A stretch of DNA of 11,507 bases, from positions 1-11,507 of the IMG/VR virus record IMGVR_UViG_2657245521_000005; one strand, 5' to 3'. Of the stretch, positions 1-7,383 are shown piece by piece (position 1 is the stretch's first letter; each line of letters opens with the position of its first letter). The notes beneath the pieces were generated by a model that worked only from the letters and a program-made list of their open reading frames with translations, was not told where the DNA came from and did no database searches. This DNA comes from a virus (taxonomy: Duplodnaviria > Heunggongvirae > Uroviricota > Caudoviricetes). The position numbers and the translations under genes are program-made.

Positions 1-584
1 TTTCCCAGTTTAACCAATAACTCATCTCGATTTGGAATCATAAGCGCTTTTCCAGTCAAGCAACGTTTTCTGGTTCCTTGTTCAAGGGATAAAAAAACAG
101 GGTTGTTATTAAGTCTCTCAGTTATTATATCTTTTTGTTCATGATAAAAATCCAATGCTTTCGTATTATCACTAGATGTAAATAACTCAATTCTCTTTAC
201 ACAATCATTCATGTGCATGACATTCAACTTTGCTGACCACTCCTCAGTTGAATCTGGATTCTCAGATAAATACATAAACAATAACTCAGCTTCCAGAATC
301 GCTCTTACATGAGGTGCAATCGCCGAAAAATCCCAAAAGTCATAATCCCGCTTAGCCCATCTTGATTTTGGTACGTTGGAAATCATTATTGAAGCATGAA
401 TGCAGATTCGTGAAAAAATGTATGTAGACCACCCTTTAAAAGCCTCAGCCATTCGCACACCAACCCCCTGACTTACAGCATTCGCTTCACATACAGCTTT
501 ATCAAACTCCCTTAAGTAGTGATGGAAGTCATCCATCGAAAAATCGTTTCGTTCAAGTGGATTTTCGGGATTATCTATTTTCAT
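1..584 (-). CDS. Hypothetical protein, N-terminal 194 codons only (C-terminus beyond window start); AT-rich cargo (moron) gene downstream of Q and its terminator
   Basis: Hand translation of the reverse strand from ATG at 584..582 (MKIDNPENPLERNDFSMDDFHHYLREFDKAVCEA...) stays open for 194 codons to the window edge despite AT-rich composition, where stops are frequent by chance. AGGTGA Shine-Dalgarno lies just upstream. Absent from the supplied ORF track, presumably because no in-window stop exists. No recognisable motif. Confidence 0.6.
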   Translation of the reverse strand, partial: MKIDNPENPLERNDFSMDDFHHYLREFDKAVCEANAVSQGVGVRMAEAFKGWSTYIFSRICIHASIMISNVPKSRWAKRDYDFWDFSAIAPHVRAILEAELLFMYLSENPDSTEEWSAKLNVMHMNDCVKRIELFTSSDNTKALDFYHEQKDIITERLNNNPVFLSLEQGTRKRCLTGKALMIPNRDELLVKLG

Positions 585-633
585 ACTTCACCTATTTAAA
601 ACAATTGGTTTAAATCGGTGAATTATAACGCAA

Positions 634-655
634 AAACCCGCTCATTGGCGGGTTT
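634..655 (-). terminator. Intrinsic terminator-like hairpin (tR'-like) between Q and the cargo gene
   Basis: Minus-strand reading gives AAACCCGC-CAATGA-GCGGGTTT followed by TTGCGTTAT: an 8-bp stem with GC core, 6-nt loop and U-rich tail. The tail is U-rich only on the minus strand, matching the direction of Q and the downstream gene. Confidence 0.45.
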
Positions 656-688
656 ATAAAACTTTGGCAACATATCAAATACGCTTCA

Positions 689-717
689 AATATGGCTTAT
701 TTTGTTGCATTTTGCAA
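689..717 (-). promoter_or_regulatory. Putative late promoter (pR'-like) immediately downstream of Q
   Basis: Minus-strand TTGCAA (717..712), 17-nt spacer, CATATT (694..689). Position between the Q stop (748) and the terminator hairpin matches lambdoid pR'/qut/tR' layout. Sequence match to sigma70 consensus is only moderate. Confidence 0.2.
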
Positions 718-747
718 GCGCGTTTGAAGGAGATAGTGAAATTTACT

Positions 748-1437
748 TCACATTTCTGCCACTTTGAGGGCTTCTTCTTCCTCATAGTATTCAAGAGCCA
801 TTGCCAACGCAGATTCATCAAGCTGGGTAAAAGCGGCCTTTAACCCAGCCCAGTGCCCTGAATAGACACGCAACCATGTCGAACGATCAACGCTAACCAT
901 GCGGGCCAACGCTGCACCAGCATAGTCTTTATAGGTTTCATTATTTCTGGTTGCGGCAATTTCCTGCCCTGCCAGCCATACCAGGCCAATCAGTTTCTTT
1001 ACTACGCGCTCCTGAAGGGAATTATCACCCAGGCATTTCTGATAAGTTTTCCAGACGTATTCACACATCATCACTTGGTGCTTATAGCTAAGGTCAAAAC
1101 CGTAGCAGTACCGCAACCAGGCCTGCTGGTATCCACTAAGCGCGGACACTGCCCTACGCCACGGCGCGGACTCAAATTCCGCATCTTTTATCGGCGGCAT
1201 TGGCCTGCAGCGGCTGCGTGTTTCCAGTACATACAATGGCGCGGAAAGCGAGTTAACAAAGCGAGGCCCCTTCTCTCCTTCGAGTTCGACGAGATGAATT
1301 CCACGGCGCGGGGTGGCATTTTTGTCTGCTGGTGGGTGTTCACTGAAAGCCTCAAGCTGCCCTTTTGTTCCCCCAGAGAGGTCAGGTAGCGCGCGGCGCA
1401 ATTCTATTCTTACAAAATTCAGGTCTTGTTGATTCAT
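748..1437 (-). CDS. Antitermination protein Q-like late-gene regulator
   Basis: ORF 748..1458 begins with GTG abutting the upstream stop; internal ATG at 1437 (MNQQDLNFVRIELRRALPDLSGGTKGQLEAF...) has GGAG upstream and is the preferred start. Assignment rests on recalled resemblance to the 21/82-type Q family and on synteny: last gene of the early operon after the nin-like genes, followed by promoter-like and terminator-like elements and a cargo gene. Confidence 0.55.
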   Translation of the reverse strand: MNQQDLNFVRIELRRALPDLSGGTKGQLEAFSEHPPADKNATPRRGIHLVELEGEKGPRFVNSLSAPLYVLETRSRCRPMPPIKDAEFESAPWRRAVSALSGYQQAWLRYCYGFDLSYKHQVMMCEYVWKTYQKCLGDNSLQERVVKKLIGLVWLAGQEIAATRNNETYKDYAGAALARMVSVDRSTWLRVYSGHWAGLKAAFTQLDESALAMALEYYEEEEALKVAEM

Positions 1438-1458
1438 GCTTCTTTGCGCTCCATACAC

Positions 1459-2487
1459 TTAAGCTTTCGCAATTACGCCGATCGCCAGCGCCCGATCCAT
1501 AAAACGCAGTAGCAGCTCAAGCTGCGTACCATGCTTCTGCTCGAATGCCGATACATCGGCGTGTAACTCGTCGTGGCACTCTCTGCACAGAGGGATCACG
1601 AAGAGGTCATGGGCTTTTGTTGCTGTACCACCCATACCGTGCCCTACGATATGGTGCGGATCATCTGCTGGCCGTCGGCAACACTCACAGGGTTGTGTTT
1701 TTACCCAGCGGGTGTAAGTCTCATTTATCCAGCGGCGTCGCTTTGGCCTGAGCATGAAAGATTCCGGAGACTCCGGATCAACAGAGAGCGTGAGGATCTT
1801 CTTCGCCTTCTCCTGCACGAGGCTGGTTGCAGTAGCGGAAGGCACAATGTCGCTTTCCCTCATGACCGAGCGGATCTTCTCATCCGGAAGGCGTAGCCCC
1901 TTGTGCGCAACGCTTTCCGGAATAACATCAGCCAGGTCGTTTCTGACCATCCACCAGCACAGTTCCGGAAGCGTCAGGATATGCGACTCGGGAAAACCAG
2001 AATCACGCCGAATGACTTCCAGAATCCAGGATACCAGGTTTCCTGCCGCTATACCTGCAAGCCGTTCGGTATGCTGCCCCGACAAAGTGTGATCGCAATG
2101 CCAGCACAGGCGAATACTTCCTGGTGGGTGCCGCATTGTTGTGAAGTTCTTGTCGTGCCACGATGAATGTGGCCACTGGCATTCAAACCGAGAACTCAGC
2201 CACTGCTCAAGGGAAGGAAGTCCACCGGCACGCTGAATAACCCGCTCATTCCCGAAGACCTGCCGCATTACCGGATCATCAGCCAGCGGCTGAATGGCTG
2301 CCGGAACAGCCCCGGTACTGAATGACGCCATTTCTTCTGGTTCAGGCTCGAGCAGAACGCGACCACGCATGAAGAGGTGCATCAGTTTAGCACCGGGACG
2401 GAACAGCACAATCCCCATACGATGGGCGATCTCGGGGGTAAGCAGAGCTCTCACGCGACCTGCCCCCTGGCAATGTGTTCTGCCCAC
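1459..2487 (-). CDS. DUF968/YdfU-like prophage protein with C-terminal HNH-like Cys/His cluster
   Basis: 342-codon ORF directly upstream of Q, as ydfU precedes quuQ in E. coli Qin prophage (recalled synteny). C-terminus carries CECCRRPADDPHHIVGH...CRECHDELH, a CxxC...HH...CxxCH pattern typical of HNH/zinc-finger nuclease folds. Start uncertain: GTG at 2487 (GGTGG SD) overlaps the upstream gene by 37 nt; in-frame ATGs also at 2418, 2382, 2370 and 2331. Confidence 0.5.
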   Translation of the reverse strand: MGRTHCQGAGRVRALLTPEIAHRMGIVLFRPGAKLMHLFMRGRVLLEPEPEEMASFSTGAVPAAIQPLADDPVMRQVFGNERVIQRAGGLPSLEQWLSSRFECQWPHSSWHDKNFTTMRHPPGSIRLCWHCDHTLSGQHTERLAGIAAGNLVSWILEVIRRDSGFPESHILTLPELCWWMVRNDLADVIPESVAHKGLRLPDEKIRSVMRESDIVPSATATSLVQEKAKKILTLSVDPESPESFMLRPKRRRWINETYTRWVKTQPCECCRRPADDPHHIVGHGMGGTATKAHDLFVIPLCRECHDELHADVSAFEQKHGTQLELLLRFMDRALAIGVIAKA

Positions 2488-3134
2488 AGTCCACCAATCC
2501 AGCGCACGCCTTTCGCAGTGAAACGTGCCTGGCTGAATGCATGATTTGAGGTTACGGATGTGCCGGTTTTCACTTCAAAACGGCCCGCATCAATATGCTG
2601 ATACCGTGGGGTCATCGTTCCACCAAGGCGATACATGATGTCGTTCTCAAGGAGGAATAACCGCAGATCTGGCTCTTTTGCCTTAAGCAGTTTTGCCACC
2701 TGGCGGAATGACATTGACCCACTGGCTGTACAGTACCGATCAACAAACGCTACCTTCGGCGCCGCGGCAGCCAGTTCGTTAGTCAACTGCTGTTTTTGTT
2801 CTGCAAGGTCAGCGGCAAGACGTAGGGCTTCAGAGAATGATTGAGGAATCGTCTGCTGCTGTGCCTGCTCAAGCTCCTGCCAGCGATCAACCAGACGCGC
2901 GGTAAACTCCGGCGACAGCTGCGCGACAACGATATAACTGTCCCGCTTCCCTATCAGATAAACCGATACCGACTGATTGAGGTGATTTTTAACTTCCCCC
3001 ATTGGGGGGAGTTCAATAACACCGCGCTCTGCCAGGCGTTCAATGGACCGTTTAACATGGTCATGTCGTGATTCCACCAGCTCAGCAATATCGCTGCTGG
3101 ACATGGTTAATGCTGTTGTTGCTAATTGGCTCAT
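2451..3134 (-). CDS. Phage regulatory protein Rha / antirepressor with KilAC-type C-terminal domain
   Basis: N-terminus MSQLATTALTMSSSDIAELVESRHDHVKRSIERL matches the Rha-type HTH signature (recalled). C-terminal YCTASGSMSFRQVAKLL...DIMYR...RYQHIDAGRFEVK resembles the ANT/KilA-C module. ATG at 3134 with GGAG 9 nt upstream is preferred over the ORF-track start at 3173. Confidence 0.7.
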   Translation of the reverse strand: MSQLATTALTMSSSDIAELVESRHDHVKRSIERLAERGVIELPPMGEVKNHLNQSVSVYLIGKRDSYIVVAQLSPEFTARLVDRWQELEQAQQQTIPQSFSEALRLAADLAEQKQQLTNELAAAAPKVAFVDRYCTASGSMSFRQVAKLLKAKEPDLRLFLLENDIMYRLGGTMTPRYQHIDAGRFEVKTGTSVTSNHAFSQARFTAKGVRWIGGLWAEHIARGQVA

Positions 3135-3147
3135 ACTTTTCTCCATA

Positions 3148-3534
3148 TCAGGCGGCCGCACCCGCCGGTTCATATCTGCTGATCGTTATCTCTACCCGAC
3201 CTTTCGGCACTACGGGTCCCCATTCCACCAGCATGCGCTTAATCTGGCTGTCATCTTCCCAGACACCCGCATGCGTCAGCGCGTCAAACAGGGCTTTGTT
3301 GTAATTATCGATATCCCGGCGGCGCGCATCCGGCGGGTACAGAGTGATTTCTACCGCAGCCAGTTCAGTCGATGGCTTCGGGAGACGTCGTAATTGCTCA
3401 ATGATCGCCACGCAGGCAGCGCTCTGGTATTTACGGCCTTCAGCGCTAATGAGGTGACGACCAGCCAGCGCCCCCTTGTTAGGAGCGCGCCAGTAAGTGT
3501 TCACGCTGGGTGGAAATGGGAGTATGAGCCTCAT
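3148..3534 (-). CDS. rusA: Crossover junction endodeoxyribonuclease RusA (Holliday junction resolvase)
   Basis: 128 aa, MRLILPFPPSVNTYWR...RRRDIDNYNKALFDALTHAGVWEDDSQI... aligns by eye with E. coli RusA including the conserved acidic residues. GGAGG SD 5-6 nt before ATG at 3534. Confidence 0.85.
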   Translation of the reverse strand: MRLILPFPPSVNTYWRAPNKGALAGRHLISAEGRKYQSAACVAIIEQLRRLPKPSTELAAVEITLYPPDARRRDIDNYNKALFDALTHAGVWEDDSQIKRMLVEWGPVVPKGRVEITISRYEPAGAAA

Positions 3535-3648
3535 TAAAAGCCTCCGTCATAATTCCTGAAACATACCTCAACTTTCCCGCTATAGTGACGAACACGTTGA
3601 ACAACATCCGAAATAGGCGCTATACCGGCAGGGCGATAAAAGACTGTT

Positions 3649-4971
3649 TCACGCATGAGTTACCCCCTGCATGCTGTCGACAAGACCACGCGCAATTGTG
3701 ATTATTTCGCTGGTGGACATTCGTTCCAGCCAGAGTTGATTGATGTTGGCTTTCAGCTTGTTCTGCTGTGATTCATCCAGCATGTCAGCACCATCCACCT
3801 GGTCGAATACAATTCCAACCTCCAGTGGCCATATACGGGACTCGGGAAGCTGATCGGCTACTGGTTTAGCTTTCTCACGGATGTGCATGCGGATCTGGCG
3901 AATATTGGACCAACTGGAAACATCCAGGCTTCCCATAGCTGCAATGAAATCAGTACTGTTCATGCCATATTCACCAGATGCTTCAAGGGCAACAGTACGA
4001 ATACGTTCCGACATATCCAGGCGCGCAGCAGCGTCATCGAATTCAATCGACAACAGCCACTCATCCACACCGAGCAAAATACTCTCACGAATAAGCAGCT
4101 TCGCTTTGTCGATCGTTAATGGTGATACCTGAGTGAATTCCGGTGCTTCGACAGAATCCGCCGCCCAGGTATGCCCAAACTTCGATTCACTGAATGTGTA
4201 TTCTTCTTTATCGCCGAACGCAGCTCTAACGCATGCCCACGCCTCAACACCGCTGATATCAAAAATATCTTTCTGGGTAAGTGGCAACTCTGCTTCTGGC
4301 TTGTCAGCTACAGGTGGTGTGGCGGTTGCTGGCTGAGGTTTGCTGGTGGCAAACTGTGCCAAAGCCATAAACGCGCGCCCTTTTGTTTCCAGTTCTGTGC
4401 GGTTGATATAGCTGAATCGCTCGCCACGCCATGACTTATCGAATACAGCTATGGCTCCGGAAAAAAACGCGCTGGTGGGCTTCTGTTTTTCGTCAGCAGG
4501 TACAAACCACACTGGCAGATCGAAACCAATGCGCCCGCGAATGAATACAATGTGATCGGCATCTTCCGGCCACCACGTTTCACTCGGCGCGGCTTTTATC
4601 AGGAATACATAGCGACCGCCCTTCTCGCGCTGGGTTGCTGCGTACTTCATGATGTGCGTCATACCAGTGATCGCCTGTTTCTCGTGGTACTGCGAGCGGC
4701 TATATGGAGGGTTGGCAAAAGCCGCGCCACCCAGTTCTGCCAGACGTTCAGACCAGTCCTGCGTCAGTGCGTTATCTTCGGCGGTGTACCATGCCGGGCA
4801 TTTCGCGTTGTCGTCGTCAGCAAACAAGTCCAGAACTAATGGACCAAATAGCGCGTTGATACCCCAGAAAAGCAGATCCGGTGTCCGCCACTGATCGCCA
4901 ACTTCTTTCAATTCGTGAGCTGGTTTTGAACGCAGTTCGGCCAGCGCGCGGCAGTATTTGTTTTCAATCAT
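3649..4971 (-). CDS. Phage-type DNA N6-adenine methyltransferase (Dam-like) fused to a ~230-aa C-terminal domain of unknown function
   Basis: N-terminal ~190 aa contain WRTPDLLF and the catalytic NPPY motif (FANPPYS) of phage Dam-type MTases. A Pro/Ala/Thr-rich linker (KPQPATATPPVADKPEAE) precedes an unassigned domain. The start ATG overlaps the upstream stop as ATGA (4968..4971), suggesting translational coupling. Confidence 0.75.
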   Translation of the reverse strand: MIENKYCRALAELRSKPAHELKEVGDQWRTPDLLFWGINALFGPLVLDLFADDDNAKCPAWYTAEDNALTQDWSERLAELGGAAFANPPYSRSQYHEKQAITGMTHIMKYAATQREKGGRYVFLIKAAPSETWWPEDADHIVFIRGRIGFDLPVWFVPADEKQKPTSAFFSGAIAVFDKSWRGERFSYINRTELETKGRAFMALAQFATSKPQPATATPPVADKPEAELPLTQKDIFDISGVEAWACVRAAFGDKEEYTFSESKFGHTWAADSVEAPEFTQVSPLTIDKAKLLIRESILLGVDEWLLSIEFDDAAARLDMSERIRTVALEASGEYGMNSTDFIAAMGSLDVSSWSNIRQIRMHIREKAKPVADQLPESRIWPLEVGIVFDQVDGADMLDESQQNKLKANINQLWLERMSTSEIITIARGLVDSMQGVTHA

Positions 4972-5900
4972 CCTCTGAATCCCTCTGGAATTTTGGTATC
5001 TACCGGGCCGAACTTCATCGGGTCATGTTTCTTCTCGCCCCAGCTTTCACGAGGGGGACGGCCTTTCTTATCCCAGCGGAGCCCGCTTTGCAGATAACCC
5101 TCAAATTTTTTCGGCCCAAACAGAGTTTCAGGCCGCATGTACTGATACTGCGCGTCATTGCCGTTCCAGTGTTCATGCTTGAGGTCAATCACCAGCGTTA
5201 AGTCGCTGACGGTATAACCTTCACGCAGACGGGCACGTATGTTTTCCAGAGAGGTTTTAGATTTCTGGTACCGGGAGCCGCTTACCTGGTTCAAATGAGT
5301 TAAAACCAGGATGGCGTTATCAGTGATCAACACCTCAGGGTCTGGTTGCGGCGCAACCGGACAAGAGGGGTTAATGATCTGTTTGTGGTGATCTGAGTAA
5401 TGATCTGTATAGAGAATAGGTTCCGCGACTTCGCGGTTAGGGTTCCGCGATTCTGCGTTTTCGGTTCCGTGATTCTGCGGAATAGGTTCCGCGACTTCGC
5501 GTTTCCCGTTCCGCGATTCTGCGGAATCCAGCGTTGCCGGGAATAAAACATTGATTAGCGCTTCGCCATTGATACGGTAATGCGTCTTTTTCGTGCCGTT
5601 TACCTGTCGCTGCGCCTTTTCAACAACCCCTGGTAGCCAGCGGGTACAAATCTTGTTTACCAGGCGCTGCACCTGATCTTCACTCACGCCGCGAATCTCT
5701 GCCGCAAGCTCGCTGTGCTCTTTATAAAACCAGCCATCATTCAGATCTGATTTACCAGACCAGAACACGAGCTGGTTTAGCACAGCGCCCAAAGCATGCG
5801 CCTGCTGATCGCCGGAGAAATAATCGAGGTACGGGACCGGAATGGTGATGCTATTCCTTTGCCCCGACAGCGATTGAACGATTTCAAATATCTGGCTCAT
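4968..5900 (-). CDS. Replication initiation protein (O-like) with origin iterons embedded in the coding sequence
   Basis: 310-aa ORF. The central linker (SAESRNGKREVAEPIPQNHGTENAESRNPNREVAEPI) is encoded by five tandem dyad-symmetric repeats, as the ori iterons sit inside lambda O. The C-terminal segment (HEHWNG...YMRPETLFGPKKFEGYLQ) resembles the conserved C-terminal domain of prophage replication proteins (recalled). Confidence 0.7.
   Translation of the reverse strand: MSQIFEIVQSLSGQRNSITIPVPYLDYFSGDQQAHALGAVLNQLVFWSGKSDLNDGWFYKEHSELAAEIRGVSEDQVQRLVNKICTRWLPGVVEKAQRQVNGTKKTHYRINGEALINVLFPATLDSAESRNGKREVAEPIPQNHGTENAESRNPNREVAEPILYTDHYSDHHKQIINPSCPVAPQPDPEVLITDNAILVLTHLNQVSGSRYQKSKTSLENIRARLREGYTVSDLTLVIDLKHEHWNGNDAQYQYMRPETLFGPKKFEGYLQSGLRWDKKGRPPRESWGEKKHDPMKFGPVDTKIPEGFRG
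5419..5523. repeat. Five 22-bp-period iterons (GGTTCCGCGAYTYYGCGG-like, each with internal dyad symmetry CCGCGA/TCGCGG); putative replication origin
   Basis: Direct reading: units start at 5419, 5441, 5463, 5485 and 5507. An adjacent stretch on the gene-downstream side (5382..5418) is about 68% AT with two GATC sites (5390, 5402). The ORF 5327..5551 (-) in another frame is just the translation of these repeats. Confidence 0.7.
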
Positions 5901-6069
5901 GATCGTCCGTTATCTCCCTGAACTTTCGCCTGAAATGCTCAAGTGGGCTGAAGCATTCGTGCGGGTAGCCATCACGCAGATAGATAACGCGCTGTGTTTC
6001 AGGTTCCCAGCGGATAACACGGACTGGCACTCCACGGTAGTCTTTGAACCTTCGGTTAAGTTCGCGCAC
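5884..6069 (-). CDS. Small basic hypothetical protein (61 aa) directly upstream of the replication gene
   Basis: GTG start at 6069 with GGAGG 11 nt upstream; 3' end overlaps the replication-gene start by 17 nt. No recognisable motif, so this could be a spurious ORF. Confidence 0.3.
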   Translation of the reverse strand: MRELNRRFKDYRGVPVRVIRWEPETQRVIYLRDGYPHECFSPLEHFRRKFREITDDHEPDI

Positions 6070-6241
6070 AGGCGTTTTGCCCTCCGGTTGTAGACCCCCA
6101 CAATTGAAACCGCCCTACTGTGGTTACACGGAACCCAGCGGTTTGATAATCTGCGTTCATACCGAAACAACGGAGTACCCGAAACAGGGATCATCCTGAG
6201 TTGCGGTAGACGGTTAAAAGCCGTTAAACTATTCATGCGGA

Positions 6242-6790
6242 TTATTTCTCCATACTCGAAGAGTTGTTCGCCAAGGCGCCCGGAGCTGCACACTCGCGGG
6301 CGTCACTCTTTTCTGGAAGGCAGTAAACACGGGCAATCAAATTCAGAAAGGTCATCAGAGTTACCCTGAACTGATATGCAATGTCGTTAAGGCTCTGCCA
6401 CTCACCCTTATCAACAACCCCATCGTCGATATACCAACGGTAAGCGTTGACCAGTTCTCCTAGACGCCCCACCAGCTCGGCCAGCTTTAAGCCAATTTCT
6501 TCGTTTTCGTCATCTGGCACCGCACCCGGAACGTGTATCCCGTTATCTGTTTGACGAGAAAACGCATCAGCTATGTAGCTGACACCGGCGGCTTTCTGTA
6601 ACACCATCGCCCATCCCATAGGGAAGATCTGATCCCCGTCGACGCGAAGGCGGTTAAACAATGCGTTCTCTGTCACCCCCAACCATTCCGCCGCTTCGGC
6701 GTAGCCACCAGGCAGATCGGTAATCGTTTTTTTAATCGCTACCACCAGCCAGGCTGGCTGACGTTCGACTTTCCATTGCGGTTCGTTCAT
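6242..6790 (-). CDS. CII-like phage regulatory protein (HTH-containing)
   Basis: Preferred start is ATG at 6790 (MNEPQWKVERQPAWLVVAIKK...) with GGAG 8 nt upstream; the longer ORF-track start at 6877 adds a low-complexity extension. The segment GGYAEAAEWLGVTENALFNRLR looks like an HTH. Located between cro-like and replication genes as cII is in lambdoid phages. Family assignment from memory only. Confidence 0.5.
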   Translation of the reverse strand: MNEPQWKVERQPAWLVVAIKKTITDLPGGYAEAAEWLGVTENALFNRLRVDGDQIFPMGWAMVLQKAAGVSYIADAFSRQTDNGIHVPGAVPDDENEEIGLKLAELVGRLGELVNAYRWYIDDGVVDKGEWQSLNDIAYQFRVTLMTFLNLIARVYCLPEKSDARECAAPGALANNSSSMEK

Positions 6791-6875
6791 TACTGCAACT
6801 CCATTATTGGCGCCGAACTTCCTGACGGTGATAGCCTGCAAGCTCTCACACCAACAGAACCGAAGGAGGTTCGAC

Positions 6876-7112
6876 ATGTCTGTAAATTCACTGCCTTACG
6901 GCAAGTCTCCCGAAGAAGCCGCTCACGATCTGGCCATGAATCTTGTCTTGTCTGGTCACTTCAAAACATTCCAGAAGTCGCCAGAAGAGGTTTTTCAGTT
7001 GATCACCAATGCAGAACTGGTCTTCAGTGAGCTTTACCGAAACAAACTGAAGGAAATAGAGTCCGCCAGATCAAAAGAAACCGAAGAGCAATATCAACGT
7101 ACGCAGTGCTAG
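6876..7112 (+). CDS. Small hypothetical protein (78 aa) encoded antisense to the early operon
   Basis: Perfect AGGAGG SD at 6864..6869 with 6-nt spacer to ATG 6876. Acidic/helical-looking product (MSVNSLPYGKSPEEAAHDLAMNLVLSGHFKTFQKSPEEVFQ...). Its stop overlaps the stop of the convergent minus-strand ORF at a shared CTAG (7109..7112). Confidence 0.5.
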   Translation: MSVNSLPYGKSPEEAAHDLAMNLVLSGHFKTFQKSPEEVFQLITNAELVFSELYRNKLKEIESARSKETEEQYQRTQC

Positions 7113-7354
7113 CCATGAACAAACGAAAGATAGAACGTTGAATAACCACGGGCGGCGCTTTCAACTGCCGCCTGTATTTCCTCCGCGGATCTCCCTCTAA
7201 GGATCATCTCGTTTATCAGCTCGCCAATAAGGGGAAGGACAATTGGCTGGAATGACATGTAAACCCGCATCTTTCCTTCGGAAATGGTTATTTGTCCTTC
7301 ATCGCTTTTAGCGGTCACGCTGTTTGTATCTTTTGTCTCGCTGCTGTTACCCAC
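7109..7354 (-). CDS. Small hypothetical protein (81 aa) downstream of the cro-like gene
   Basis: GTG start at 7354 preceded by AGGAG with a 6-nt spacer. Co-oriented with the cro-like gene and the early operon. No recognisable motif. Confidence 0.45.
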   Translation of the reverse strand: MGNSSETKDTNSVTAKSDEGQITISEGKMRVYMSFQPIVLPLIGELINEMILRGRSAEEIQAAVESAARGYSTFYLSFVHG

Positions 7355-7383
7355 GGTTAACTCCTCTCTTTTGTGGTTGTTGA

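Noticed and set aside
1075-2521. Plus-strand track ORFs antisense to the Q-like and DUF968-like genes (1075..1389, 1545..1751, 1573..1896, 1754..2092, 1903..2166, 2294..2521)
   Set aside because: All are embedded antisense within long, well-supported minus-strand genes in GC-rich DNA, have Arg/Ser/Cys-rich translations and no SD context. Considered shadow ORFs. The same applies to plus-strand ORFs across 2635..4894.
5419-5523. Possible CRISPR array (regularly spaced repeats)
   Set aside because: Units are only ~17 bp with ~5-bp spacers of near-constant sequence, lie within a coding sequence, and are dyad-symmetric like origin iterons. Not CRISPR-like.
5327-5551. Minus-strand 74-aa ORF from the six-frame track
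   Set aside because: It is the out-of-frame translation of the origin iterons (repetitive RNRGT...AKSRNLF) and lies entirely inside the replication initiator gene.
5910-6293. 127-aa minus-strand ORF spanning the 6070..6241 gap
   Set aside because: Translation is Ser/Arg/Cys-rich and low-complexity, has no SD, and overlaps the better-supported small ORF 5884..6069 in another frame. Likely a chance ORF.
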